A stretch of 64,000 nt of DNA. Source: Eledone cirrhosa. Taxonomy: Eukaryota. The position numbers were made by a program, and so were the translations under genes. The stretch lies in NCBI GenBank assembly GCA_964016885.1, contig OZ024756.1, positions 5,828,001 through 5,892,000 of the forward strand, given 5' to 3'. Below the pieces are notes generated by a model that saw nothing but the letters and a program-made list of their open reading frames with translations, did no database searches and was not told the origin of the DNA. Shown in pieces: positions 33,306-45,757 of the stretch (its first letter is position 1; each line of letters starts with the position of its first letter).

Positions 33306-34094
33306 TATTTGAATAATGAAAGTAGTTAGCGAAAAGGAAAAATAATATAACTAGAATACGAAACACAAAGAAAGAAATCTAAAGATAAAGAAAAAATAAA
33401 TTTTGTCTTCTTCGTACGTAAATCTAAATTGAGTTATCTGTACAGCCTAATCAGTAATTCAGAAGATGGCAAGTTGTAGATAGAAGTTGTTGGTTCTCAG
33501 CATGGGGTGTAAAGTGTGAACTTTGATGACCTGTTTCGTTGGTGTTAATGAGGGGGGAAGATGAGATGAGAGAAGCTTTTGAACTATCCTGCTGTGTCAA
33601 TTATTCAAGTCATCAGCTATGACACAGCTGGACGGATGAAGGTTGTCTTACTTTGTACGGTGGTTTCTTATATTCTGGCACTAAGAAATCTGATATTTCA
33701 TTTGATATATAATATGTCATGTAAAACTACAATAACTGGAAATTTACAAATTGGATTAAACTCTGAACTGTCTTTTACCAATCTTACCGTGGACAATAAT
33801 ATCACATTCGAGCTTTGAATAAATGATTGCCTTATATGATGGTGACAAAGATGTGAAGTACACCTATCGTTGTCTTATGCGGCAGTGGTGACATCCGGCG
33901 TTCTTGGTCCTCAGACCACATCCTTGCTCATTGCTATCGGAGAGAAGTTGGCTACTCGCAAATGCTTTGGCTAACGAGGTTGAGTGCATTTCTCTCGCAG
34001 TCCTCTATTTTCTCTATTCTGTCTGCCAGAACCACGAGGTGGACTGACCCTTAAGTTTCATTTGTGGTGGGTGCAAGTGGAATGGATTTGCATT

Positions 34095-34250
34095 TCCTTA
34101 TATTGAGTTCAAATACTGCAGAAGTTAGCTTTACTTTTCATCATTAAGGAGTCGATAAAATAAAGTACCAGTAACGCACTGATTTACCTGACTTTCTTCT
34201 AGCTCAAAATGATTGGTTTTGTACATAAATCAGAAACCATTATTATTAGG
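34095..34250 (+). mobile_element. 5'-truncated, diverged SINE copy
   Basis: GAGTTCAAATAC...GTCGATAAAATAAAGTACCAG...AGAAACCATTATTATT. Confidence 0.7.
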
Positions 34251-34259
34251 GGAATTTGA

Positions 34260-34482
34260 GGGCGGTGGATTGGCAGTTACGGTAGCGGGCCGGACACCAT
34301 GCTTTGCAGCATAGAGTTACGGTCCTTTATGATCTGAGTTCAAATCCCGCTGAGGTTAACTTTGCCTTTCATCCTTACGGGGTCGATAAAATAAAGTACC
34401 AGTCACGCAATGGGGTCGATTTAATCGACTTTCCCCTCTCCAAAAATTGCTGGCCTTGTGCCTATATAAGAAACCATTATTA
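34260..34482 (+). mobile_element. Full-length SINE copy (long variant)
   Basis: GGCGGTGGATTGGCAG head, GAGTTCAAATCC box, core, 3' end GTGCCTATATAAGAAAC followed by a CATTATT tail. Confidence 0.88.
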
Positions 34483-34484
34483 AA

Positions 34485-34678
34485 GGGCGGTGGATTGGCC
34501 AAATCGGTAGAGGGTCGGACGCCATGCTTTTCAGCATAGAGTTACGGCCCTTTACGATCTGAGTTCAAATCCCGCCGAGGTTGACTTTGCCTTTCATCCT
34601 TACGGGGTCGAGAAAATAAAGTACCAGTAATGCACTGGGTAATTTCTGGCCTTGTGCCTAAAGTAGAGACAATTATTT
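34485..34678 (+). mobile_element. Full-length SINE copy (short variant), in tandem with the previous copy
   Basis: Same head and core. Lacks the GGTCGATTTAATCGAC segment. Ends GTGCCTAAAGTAGAGACAATTATT. Confidence 0.88.
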
Positions 34679-35006
34679 GTATGGTGGTTGTTATGTTAGC
34701 TAGCTGTGGATTTGTTGTGTCTCTTGTTTAACAAAGTTGGCTTAAAAACGATCGAGGATTACATAAATATGAAAACGAGAGAAAGCATCAAAATCAATCA
34801 AGTGATGAGAAATAGAGGCGTGGGGGGGGGGGAAGAAGGGCAGATCTGGTTGTATTAGAAAGTAGAGGAAAGGACTATAAATGCCATAAATGAGAGGAAG
34901 AGAATGGAACAAGCATGGACTAGGGCCACGGAGGAAAATATTCTATTGAATGTTATGCAGCTGGGTGATGGTGGGGGATATTTTAACTGATGAAAACTGA
35001 GAGATA

Positions 35007-35351
35007 ACGTATTTCCCGGCGCCGAAGACGCTTCGTCCTCGAGTACGAACCCTAATTTTGATTAAAAAAATTTGAAAAAAATAATTGTTTCTACTTTAGG
35101 CACAAGGCCAGCAAATACCCAGTGCATTACTGGTACTTTATTTTATCGACCCCGTAAGGATGAAAGGCAAAGTCAACCTCGGCGGGATTTGAACTCAGAT
35201 CGTAAAGGGACGTAACTATGCTGGAAAGCATGGCGTCCGACCCTCTAATTTGAAAAAAAATAATAAACAACCTTTTGCCTCCAGGACACATGCTAGATTT
35301 TTATGACTTATTTTAGGGGAAAAGTAGCGTCTTTGGCGCCGGGAAATACGG
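35007..35351. mobile_element. MITE of Tc1/mariner-pogo type with about 25-bp terminal inverted repeats and TA flanks
   Basis: CGTATTTCCCGGCGCCGAAGACGCT (35008-35032) vs AGCGTCTTTGGCGCCGGGAAATACG (35326-35350), 1 mismatch. TA at 35005-6 and 35352-3. Confidence 0.8.
35086..35246 (-). mobile_element. 5'-truncated SINE nested in the MITE, with target-site duplication
   Basis: Reverse-complement SINE flanked by AATTTGAAAAAAA(A)TAAT at about 35069-35085 and 35247-35264. Confidence 0.85.
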
Positions 35352-35771
35352 TACTTCTTCTTTTGACTTTGAGGATGTAGTGTGGTGGCTGTAATCGTGG
35401 AACTAGTACTGGATATTAGCAGCGGAGATGTTAACACTCATAAGTTGATAGTAGTGGTAATGTGTTGGAAATGCTAGTGGTAGTGGTTGTGTTTTTTTCT
35501 AGAAGAAGTACCACGTCCACGTATGTGCATATATTTTTTATCTCTCTCTCTATATCTATCTATCTATCTTGATAGAGTAAGACACGCTTCGCATCGACTC
35601 CGCTATTCCATCGGGATTTACCCTTACTATTGTAAGTACCGGATAAATTTTTTAGTGCAACACATTTGGAACACTAACCCCTGTTATTTAGGGAAACATT
35701 TTTGCATTTACCCCCTTTTTAGGGGGTAAAATAAATATCTATTTTTGCCGAAAAATTTCTTTCTTGGCAGC

Positions 35772-37463
35772 ATGGCGGAAAAGATGGCAGACATGTCTGC
35801 CATTGGCTCTGCCACGCCCCCCAAGTCTGAAGAACAAAAAATAATTACAACAAAATTAGACATTGAAACAAACAAACAAAATGAAAAAACAAATGTTAAG
35901 GAAAATGAGCAAACAGAAAACAAACAAACAGAAAATAATACAAATAACGACAGGGCAACTTTCGCCCAGAAAACAAAACAATCCATTACATACACACCAA
36001 TTGACCTAACTGCCGCCAGAGAAAAACTGGCCGAAGCAAAGAAACACATTGTTTTGGGGGAGAACGGAATGTTTTCCATTAACTCCCCCCCAGAATTCAA
36101 GAAAGCCAGAGCAGAAAACACAGTTCTCTACAGAACTATACTGAACCAGACAAGAAAGCCAGCACAGCCCAGCCAAATGGAAATAGAGTTAGTCCTAAAA
36201 GACTATATGAAGAATATTCTCTTCATACGAAAGGACCGACTCTATGGCAGCATTTCGGTCCTAACAAGAGACAAAGAAACGGCGGAGAAGCTTTCCCTAA
36301 GCCCACTCTCGTCGACAACATATAGCTTCTATCCCTCCTACATGGGTAGAAGAACACAGAGAGTAAAAGTAAAAACAATGCTGCCCACAATGGACTTCTG
36401 GTGGGCTATTGCTGGCTTCATTGATATGGGCGAAGACACAATGCTGTCAATGGGGAAGGCAACTGGAGATGCGTTCCTGGGAATGGGCCTCGACATACTA
36501 GTCCAAATGAGGCCCGAAAGAATAGCACAAATCCCGGATCGCATCTGGCTGGATGACCTTACCACAATAGACATAATTGTAGAGGGGAGAAGACCAGCAT
36601 GCTATTTATGCATGGAAAGGGGACACGTTAAGGCTAACTGCCCGAAACGTATCCCCCAAAAAGGACTATTGCCCACACCCACCACAAACAGTACACCAAC
36701 ACCACCCACCTCCAAAAATACACTAATACCACACACAGCAAACAAAATACAGACACCACCAACCACAAACACAACACAAACATCACCACCACCAGCACCA
36801 AACACAAGCACGACACAAAAATCACCACCACCAACCACAACACAAACATCACCACCACCATCACCAACCACAAGCACGACACAAACATTACCACCACCAC
36901 CACAAAACCCATTCCAAACAAATAATAAAAAAAACAGTAACAAATCTACCCCTCCCGCAAAAAAAAAACAACCACACAACACGTCCCTCCCACCTAGCGC
37001 TGAAGAGTTTCCCCCAACTTCTGAAGAAGAAGGAGGAGAAGCCTTCAGACAAGTTAAAAGAAAAAAAAGAAAACACACACCCAGCACACCACAAATAACC
37101 CACACACAAACACCAACTCCAATCAAAAACACCCCACCCTCAACACACAAAAATAAATCTGCGCCTCCCCTCTCCGAAACATTGACAGCATCACAAAAAA
37201 AGACGTTGCAATACACATATATAAATAAAGAAAACAAAAAACTGGTTAAATTAATAAACAATAACCCTATGGTGCAGACCGAAGGGCCAAACTTTATCTC
37301 AACAGAGAACTTCACCCATTTAAAAATGATAAAGGTCCCTCTGGACCTTTATCGTTCCTTAAAAGAACAATTTAGACCGGACGTGAGCCCCCCCCCCCCC
37401 CTGTTTAAAACCGTTGAATCGCGTCCTCTTGAAAGATTTCCCCATAACCGCCCCTCTCCCTGA
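35772..37463 (+). CDS. LINE ORF1 gag-like protein with zinc knuckle
   Basis: Open frame from ATG 35772. CYLCMERGHVKANC fits CX2CX4HX4C and is followed by a Pro/Thr-rich region and a basic KRKKRK stretch. Confidence 0.85.
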   Translation: MAEKMADMSAIGSATPPKSEEQKIITTKLDIETNKQNEKTNVKENEQTENKQTENNTNNDRATFAQKTKQSITYTPIDLTAAREKLAEAKKHIVLGENGMFSINSPPEFKKARAENTVLYRTILNQTRKPAQPSQMEIELVLKDYMKNILFIRKDRLYGSISVLTRDKETAEKLSLSPLSSTTYSFYPSYMGRRTQRVKVKTMLPTMDFWWAIAGFIDMGEDTMLSMGKATGDAFLGMGLDILVQMRPERIAQIPDRIWLDDLTTIDIIVEGRRPACYLCMERGHVKANCPKRIPQKGLLPTPTTNSTPTPPTSKNTLIPHTANKIQTPPTTNTTQTSPPPAPNTSTTQKSPPPTTTQTSPPPSPTTSTTQTLPPPPQNPFQTNNKKNSNKSTPPAKKKQPHNTSLPPSAEEFPPTSEEEGGEAFRQVKRKKRKHTPSTPQITHTQTPTPIKNTPPSTHKNKSAPPLSETLTASQKKTLQYTYINKENKKLVKLINNNPMVQTEGPNFISTENFTHLKMIKVPLDLYRSLKEQFRPDVSPPPPLFKTVESRPLERFPHNRPSP

Positions 37464-37607
37464 CACAACTCCAAATACCCCAACCCCACCACACACGTGT
37501 ACCCCCACACCACCACAAAACATCCCTCCACCCAACACACCTGATGCCATGGAAATTACGCAACCCGGAGAGGTAAGTGCTTTTCTTTCTTCACTTTCAA
37601 CACCAAA

Positions 37608-40600
37608 ATAGATCAATTGAGAGTTGGCTGTTTGAACGCGCGTGGCCTGGGCTCAGCTTGGAAGCAAGCAAAGCTTCTAAGTGACCTCAGGTCACAAAGT
37701 ATAGTTGTGATGGTTGTTTGCGAGAGTCGGATCAGCAGCGTGAGACAGCTGGCGCCCGCCTTCGATGACTTTGAGATGCACGCATCTCTCTGTCAACCCG
37801 GAGGCGGGGGGGGGGGAGTTGCCGTACTGCTGGATAAACGTCTGACTCTCGACGTACAGATTGTTCACTCGGACCCGGGGGGTCGATTACTGGTGCTGGA
37901 CGTCGGAGGCGGTGAAGGCGGGGCTTTCAGACTGGTCGGTCTTTATGCTCCCTTCGGGGCGGAAAGAGCCGACTTCTTCCAACGTCTGGAGACTTTTCTA
38001 GGAACGTCGCGTTCCCTGCTTTTAGTGGGGGACTGGAATGGAATCCTAGATGCGCGTTGGGACTATGCAGGGGCATGTCCCGATAGAGGGGGGTGCAGCA
38101 GCCTCAAGGGGTTACTCGATTGATTCGACCTGGTCGATAGATTTCGACTAGATTGTCCAACTGCGCCAACCTGGACCTGGGCAAACCGCAGTGGACAATC
38201 TAGATCGTACCTAGATAGGTTTTTGGTTAGGAGTAAGGATAGGGACGTATTTAGTTGTCCAGAACTGATCATGGTTGGCTATTCAGATCACAAATTAGTG
38301 ACCTGCGTGGTCAACCTTGATAGAACGCATAGACAGGGTCCCGGTTACTGGAAGATGAACTTGTCCTTACCGACAAAGAAAGATTACAGAAACCGGATTA
38401 GTAGCTTAGTTAAGATGCGGTTGACGGGAGCGATCGTCAACAGTAGGTGGTGGATATCTCTAAAGAGAGAGATTAGAGTAAGTTCGATAGGTTACAGTAA
38501 GGAACTAGCGGCGAATAGAAATAGGAGGGAAAGGGAGTTAACAGATAAACTAGAAGAGGCGATTAGGAGCGGAGACGTAGCCAGAGTGTTAGCGACGAGA
38601 ACGGCATTGAGCCAGTTCTTTGACGCGAAGCACGAAGGCTGCGTTGTCCGAAGTAAAATACGTGCTTTAGGAAACGAGGGGACCAAAGCTGTTAGCTGGG
38701 CCCGCGTGACAGAAGCCAAGAGTGGGATTAAATCCACCATTCGGTCTTTGCGAGACCAGGATGGATGGGTGATCCTTGAACCTGAGCGAATGTGCGAGAC
38801 CTTTCAAAGGCACTTTGCTCGACTGTTCGGAGGTGGCGGGGGGCCGGACGGGGATGTGGACTTCGGTCCATACCTAGACGGTCTACCGCGTCTTTCGAGC
38901 GGCGAAGCGGAGTGCTGCGAAAGGCCAATCACAGCCACTGAAATCGGGGAAGCGCTCAGCCAATGCAGCAGACGCAAATCCCCGGGTCTCGATGGTCTAC
39001 CATACGAACTTTATTTAGCTATGCCGGTCTTGTTCTCCGAACTCCTCGAGGCTGTCTATTGCAACTGGCAACAGAACGGGAGAATTCCCTGGTCTGTGAC
39101 CAAGGGCGTGGTCACGCTAGTGAGGAAGGACGAGAGCAAGGGGGACGACTTAAGTAACTTTAGGCCCATAACTCTGCTGAATGCAGAGTTACAGATTTTG
39201 GCCAAGGTGTTGGCGAAGAGGTTGGCGCTTGTGGTGGGTGGTTTGGTGGGAGACGCGCAGACATGCGCTATCTCGTCCAGGTCCATTCACGACAACCTCC
39301 ACCTCATGCGATACATCATAGAGAGGGTTGGCTACGAACCCGGCTTTGGTGGGGCCCTGATCAACTTGGATCAATCTAAGGCGTTCGATAGGGTCGACCA
39401 TGGTTACCTGGATGCGGTGCTAGCGGCGGCGGGCTTCGGACCCGTTTTCAGGGGCTGGATTTCTGCCATGCACAGTGGCAACATCTACTCTAGGATTAAA
39501 GTAAACGGCTACCTCTCGGAGCCGTTTCAAATCACCCGATCCATCAGACAGGGGTGCCCCCTCCCCTCCCTTCTGTACGTATTGACTCTCGAGCCACTGC
39601 TGCGGAAGTTGGAGTTGCTGCGGGGCATACCCCTGGAACCGGGATTGCACAAAGCGGTCTCGGCCTATGCCGACGACGTAACAGTAATGGTGGCGGACGC
39701 CTCGGAAATCGGGGCGATCGCCACCCTACTGGAGGAATACGAAAGGCTGACGGGGGCTAAGCTGAACCAGGACAAGTCAGTCGGTTTGCAACTCGGAACG
39801 TGGAGGGGCAAACCGATGCCGTTAGACGGTGTTGTCGGGCGGTGGACGGAGGGCCCGGTGAAGCTGCTCGGGGTCTGGTTCGGACCGGACCTCCAGGTGG
39901 AGAAGAATTGGGGCGAGGTGACGAGCAGGGTGTTTGCGCTGACCCAGAAGTGGGCCAAGTGCAAACTATCACTGAAAGGTCGGGCGGAGGTGACGAACGC
40001 TTACATAGCGTCCGTCATCTACTACCGCCTGACCGTCGTGCCTTGCCCCAAGGAAAAGCTCACCATCATGGTACGCATGCTCTTCCAGTTCCTCTGGAAG
40101 AAGCGGCCTCCCATGGTGAGGAGATCCATCTGCTGCCAGCACCCTTCGAAAGGAGGGCTGGGTATGCCGTGGCTGTTGATGCGTAGGCACGCATTGAGGC
40201 TACGGCATCTACAGGTATTCCTCAACGGTCAGCCGGTGTGGGCCCCGTTTGTGAGGCGAGCCTTCCCACAGCTCGTCTCGCTCACCGAACTGCAATCCTG
40301 GGTGAAGCAAAGACCGAGAAAACTGGGCAACTGGCACACTGAGTGTGCCCAGGCGCTCACGGCTATCTGGCAAGCGGACCCGACTGTCAGTGGAGAATCC
40401 ACCTCGACATTCTATAGAGGGTTGGTGGCTAGCAGGGGCGACGACACCCTTCGAGAGTCGCTAGGCATGGAGGAGGACGAACTGGCCAGCCTGTTCGGTA
40501 GAACTTTCGGCCCGGGACCCATGGACAACTTCCAGAGGTCCCTAGCCTGGCAGTGTTACCGGGGGGCTCTGCCCGTTCGAGAAAAGCTATACAGACACGG

Positions 40601-41048
40601 GCGCCCGGGCAGGGATCCCGCGAAAAAGATCTGTCCCAGATGCGTGCGCGACGAGGAAACCGTTGCGCATGCACTGGTACACTGCCCGGGCGTTGCCGAT
40701 CTGTGGGGCTACGTCGAACGACTGCTGTCGCGTGTGGCGCCGATTCGATTAACCGCCGAGTCTGTGGTGAACATCAAGCCGCCTCCTCCCTTCAGAAATG
40801 AAGCAGAGGCGGTCTTTCTGTGCGTAATAGCCATGATGAAAGAGGTTGTGTGGTGGACGCGCCTGAAAGGTCTGAGGTCGGGTGACTTTCTCTCCGGCCA
40901 TCACCTGGTTTACTTCTTCCGATACCACTTCGGAAGAAGAATCAGGATGGAGAGAGAAGTGCTTGGTCCCAGACAGTTTTATGAAAGGTGGGTGAAAGAA
41001 GCGAGAATGGCCCGTGTAAATGGGCCTTCTCTCTACATTGTTCTGTAG
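37608..41048 (+). pseudogene. LINE ORF2 (APE endonuclease, reverse transcriptase, zinc finger) with one in-frame stop
   Basis: ORFs 37617-38123 and 38223-41048 are in the same frame, separated by TGA 38121-38123. Motifs: LNARGL, GDWN, YLDRF, SDH (endonuclease); KSPGLDG, FRPITLLN, DQSKAFD, RQGCPL, YADD (RT); CPRC..ETVAHALVHC. Confidence 0.9.
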
Positions 41049-42594
41049 GTGAAGAAGTAAAGAGGAAAGGGGGAGCGCCTCCTCTCTGGGCTTCCCCCGC
41101 GAAAAGAGTTGCACACTTTTCGGGGGTATGTGCAATCCCCAACACGCCCCCTCCCTTTTGAGGACTTTTTATTGTTATATTATTATTGTTATTCCTTTTT
41201 TCTTTACTCGATTTATGTAAACTCCCCCACTGTGTAAATGTCCCCTTCTTTTGTGCCCTCGTGGCAAATAAATAGAAATTTATCTATCTATCTTTCTCTC
41301 TCGCTCTCTCCACACACTCACACACACAAACATACATACATACAGAGGCATACACATATGTTTATTCAAGAATAAACATGACACACACACAGATGTAAAA
41401 TACAGTCGTATCATTGTGTGTGTCTGTGCGTGTGCGCGTGTGTGCGCGTGTGTGTGTGTGAGTGTGGCTGATAACAAGTGGTTCCAAAGCGAACCCTTTA
41501 ACCACACAGCCATGCTACATATTTTACACTGTTCAATTTCTGCTAAAATTTATTCTGAATAATTTGTTTAGATAAAAATAGAAGACGACACTCCCTCAAA
41601 GGCAATCACATCTAACAAATGGGACATAAGACATAAGAATATATATATATATATATAACACGTTGAATTTTATTATATAAAATTATAACCGTTATCATTT
41701 ACCTAAAGTATACTGTATCACTAATACCTAATATATATCCATATATACTTCCCTGTATCTTTCTATACATAATTTTTAGTTAACTTCTAAATTTCTTGAT
41801 TAGTATTTATTTTGAACTATGAATAGTTAATGCATTTACACCCTGTTATATATATGTATATATTTAACTTTAGCATGCCTCAATCTATTATTTTATTTTT
41901 ATTTTCGTTATCATTTACCTAAAATATACTGGCTCATTAATATATATCTATAAACATAATCGTTATTTAAATATTTCTAACAATAAGTACTTCATAAGAT
42001 TTACATACCAAATATGTTGACAATGATTATCTTCGGTAAAGTTTACATTTAGGAAAATATTCAACAGTGTAAACTTTCCTTTCCGCTGGCCAGCTAAATC
42101 CTTTAAATGTTATCCTCAAAAAATTCAGAAGTTTAGAAATATTAACACACTTATAGAATTTACAAAACTAATAAATATAAATATGCAGTAATTTTTAAAA
42201 AAACCTAAAATCTTGATTCTTCACCCTAAAATAGCATAAATTAAATATTTTCAAACTTAACCGTTTAACTTTCGGAAAAAATCTCCTTCTGCATATATTA
42301 CCCCCCCCCCCCCCCCATCCCCTTATCTTTCCGTCTCTATAAATCCTATTTCAGTGGCTCTCATTGACTGTTATAATTCATGAGATGTTTTCCTAGATAA
42401 CCATAAATTGTAGAATCATACATTTCAAAATCTCTATAACTGTCACATTAACTAACCTTTTTCTTACTCACACATTCTCTATTGAATTTATTACGTTTTC
42501 GCATTTTCTCATTATTAGAGTATTTTTTCTCTTAGGTTAATCACTACCTTGATTAAATCTTAACCATTTAACATCTCAGGGTATGTCATGTATC

Positions 42595-42657
42595 ATTATA
42601 TTTTGTCTGATGAGGACGTACTGTTGTACATCCGAAATCTGTATAATAAAATGTAAT
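42595..42657 (+). ncRNA. Minimal type I hammerhead ribozyme motif (Penelope pLTR-like)
   Basis: Stem I ATTATATTTTGT/ATAAAATGTAAT (12 bp, 2 G-U); CTGATGA 42607-13; stem II GGACGTAC-tgtt-GTACATCC (1 mismatch); GAAA 42634-37; 2-bp stem III; AUA cleavage triplet. Confidence 0.75.
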
Positions 42658-42697
42658 TGATCAAAAGAACATCTATTTTATTAATATTTGTATTTTA

Positions 42698-42735
<38 letters not shown>

Positions 42736-42744
42736 ATGTATGTG

Positions 42745-42777
<33 letters not shown>

Positions 42778-43058
42778 TTCTATGTTGGAATTTGTTTTGC
42801 AAGATTTCTCATCTGAAAACCTGTGTTGAAGCAGGTATTGTTATAATTTGGGAGAGTCATGATACTAATAAAACACACGCACCTGTTCGTTTTGATTTCA
42901 ATTTATTACAAGTTTCCAGTCGGTTGGCTATATAACCAGAGGGTTGTTTGTTTATTGTCAAAGCTCTTCCGTCACACATTCTGTGACCTCCTCAGAGATT
43001 AATTTATTATTTTGTGTCTAAAGTTTGTTCTGTCCTACACCATCTTATTTGTGACACA

Positions 43059-43092
<34 letters not shown>

Positions 43093-43096
43093 TAGT

Positions 43097-43207
43097 GAAG
43101 GCGTGTGGCTGAGTGGTTAGTTGAATTCACAATCTTGAGGTTGTGAGTTCGATTCCTGGACCGGGCGTTATGTCCTTGAGCAAGACACTTTCTTTCACGT
43201 TGCTCTT
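43097..43207 (+). mobile_element. Fragment of a second tRNA-derived SINE family
   Basis: A-box-like TGGCTGAGTGG, B-box GAGTTCGATTCC, then the TGTCCTTGAGCAAGACACTT core typical of invertebrate SINEs. Confidence 0.7.
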
Positions 43208-43902
43208 TCTATCTGGAGTTGCAACCGATATATAGTACTAGCAATTGGAAAGACTAACGGAAGCATTGTTTACTCGGATCGATTTGACGAAAGTCGATCG
43301 ATCCTTTAATATATATATATATATATATACAATATATATATATATATACACGTATCGTATTACACCTGGTAGTGTTCCTGAAAAAGACGACCGATTAAAG
43401 AGAGATTTCTAGACTAGAAATAGATAGTAACTTAACCACTACCATGCTAGTCAATACATCGATCTGCCATTGTCAATCAATCCTCTGAAACGATCGTTTT
43501 TTTTATTGTACTATCCACAAACACATGAACTATAGTAAACCACGACTACCATGACGACCACGATGACGTCACATTGTATATGAGTGTGTATGTGTCTGTC
43601 AGTGCGTGTGTGTGTTTTCGAGTTGGTTACATACGTTAGGCCTCAGAGAATTAAAAACACACACACATCTACACATACAAATACATATGGAATGACAAGC
43701 AGGTGTGCGTGGATGTATGTCTTAGTGTCTCTGTCTTACTATAGGTATGTGAGTGTATGTCGGAGTGTATGTGTGTGTTGATGTATGTGTGTGTGAGTGT
43801 AAGTGTGATAATATTTATTTTAACGTTAGGCCTCAGAGAATTAAATACACACATACATATAGCGTTAGTAAATAAAAGGGACATACATATAGCGTTAGTA
43901 AA

Positions 43903-43965
43903 TAAAAGGGACGTAACTCTATGCTTCAAAGCATGGTGTCCGACTCTCTACCGATACTGCCAATG
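43903..43965 (-). mobile_element. SINE 5' head fragment
   Basis: AAAGGGACGTAACTCTATGC...AAAGCATGGTGTCCGAC...CTACCGATACTGCCAAT matches the reverse complement of the family head. Confidence 0.65.
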
Positions 43966-44344
43966 TCAAATATAATGTTCTTTAATGTCTAAAGAAAATT
44001 AATTGTCGCTGGAATGCTTAGACTGAAAATAAAATTTCGCCGGAGATATATTAGCAAAAAATCAATAAGTGTGTATGTGTGTGTGTCGGTTGGGGTGGGG
44101 GTGGGGGAAATAACGGTGGAGGCTGGTGTAATAACGGTGGAGTGGGGGACAAAATCTAAAAGATTACTAATCCGGTGGTACCGGGGTTTGATCTATTATT
44201 AGTCTCTAATGAAAACAATGGTAGAAACTGCCAGTGTTTCTTAGAATAGTGGTTCCTGTTAAATGACCATTCATTTAGAATATTGTGGAGAATTGGCTGG
44301 CATACGAACAAATATGGCCTCATACATACACATACTGACTTAAG

Positions 44345-44570
44345 CATACATAACTATACACACACATACATAACTATACACACCTATACACACGTATACA
44401 CACCTATACACACGCATACAAAACTGTACACACGCATACACACCTGTACACACACCAACGCACCTGTACACACACCAACACACCTGCACACACACCAACA
44501 CACCTGTACACACACCAACACACATGTACACATACCAACACACCTGTACACACACCAACACACCTGTATA
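44345..44570. repeat. 20-bp minisatellite ACACACCTGTACACACACCA
   Basis: Tandem copies visible, degenerate towards the left. Confidence 0.85.
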
Positions 44571-44996
44571 AATTAATACAGGACTTCAGTTATACTGTTA
44601 ACATTTTAAAATTCAATTTTCCTAACACAGAAGAGTTGTAGCTCACAGCTAATATAAATTTAAAATGTCAATAGCAGGATACAGTTATACAATTAACATT
44701 TTAAAAGTAATTGTTACCAATATACAGGGCTTCAGGTAGCTCACAGTCTATATAACTTTGAAAATGTCAATAGTTGAATATCTTATTTGAGCACCACACC
44801 AATCTAAATTGCTATCATTTTCCCAATAAAGGAATTCCAATGAGATACTTGAACCGCTCAATATAGCAACAGAAAATTGCCGTAGCACACTCTGTAGCAC
44901 ATATAAGGTCAAATTTGTCAAGTTTTCAGTTCCTTACAATGAAGACAACATTGTCATATCTAGAAGGCTGATGGAACCCTTCTTTCAACATGTGTC

Positions 44997-45398
44997 TCTA
45001 TAATTTATATACACTACCCTATATATAAGATATACTACGCTATATATTATATAAACTACGCTATATATTATATAAACTACGATATATCTTATATAAACTA
45101 CTCTATATATTGTATAAGTTACCCTATATATTATACAAGCTACTCTATATAATATACAAGCTGCCCTATATATTATATAAACCACCCTATATATTATATA
45201 AGCTACCCTATATATTATATAAACTACGCTATACATTATATAAACTACGCTATGTATTATATAAACTACTCTATATATTATACAAACTACCCTATATATT
45301 ATATAAACTACGCTATATATAATATAAACTAAGCTATATATTATATAAGCTAAAGCTATATATTATATAAACTACGCTATATATTATATAAACTACCT
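44997..45398. repeat. 21-bp minisatellite TATATATTATATAAACTAC(G/C/T)C
   Basis: About 19 tandem copies. Confidence 0.9.
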
Positions 45399-45757
45399 TG
45401 TTTTCAAATACCAAATATTACAGTAGATTATATAAACATTTGCATATGTGTAGTGATATGTATGTGTGTATATATGTGTATGTGTAATGAAATGTATGTG
45501 TGTAGTGACATGGATGTGTGTAGTGACATGTGTGTGTATAGTGAGATGTATGTGTCTGTGTCTGTGTGTGTAGTGAGATGTATGTGTATATATATATATG
45601 TGTGTTTGTGTGTAGTGACATGTATATAGGTATATATGTGTGTAGTGAGATATATGCGTGTATATATATATATATATGTGTGTGTGTATATATATATGTA
45701 CATATATATATATTTATATGCGTGTGTGTGTATATCTGTATATATATATATATATAT

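Larger units (their letters stand above)
35571..41280 (+). mobile_element. Near full-length non-LTR retrotransposon, L1/Tx1 clade
   Basis: ORF1 with a CCHC knuckle, ORF2 with APE endonuclease, RT and C-terminal zinc finger, a 3' UTR with AATAAA, and a flanking direct repeat TATCTATCTATCTT (35557-35570 and 41281-41294). Confidence 0.92.

Noticed and set aside
33579-33818. 79-aa ORF with a signal-peptide-like stretch
   Set aside because: Short, no motif, no supporting gene structure.
36338-41145. Antisense and alternative-frame ORFs within the LINE
   Set aside because: Shadows of GC-rich or low-complexity LINE coding sequence.
41250-41280. LINE 3' end (TTGTGCC...TAGAAA) as the partner of the SINE 3' end
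   Set aside because: Similarity is limited to two short words, which is too weak without consensus alignment.
42951-43000. Minus-strand CTGAGGA-GGTCACA..TGTGACG-GAAG, an HHR-like hairpin
   Set aside because: GAAA is altered and no stem I or stem III can be formed. At most a decayed relic.
43097-43170. tRNA gene
   Set aside because: A and B boxes are present but there is no complete cloverleaf, and the sequence continues into a SINE core.
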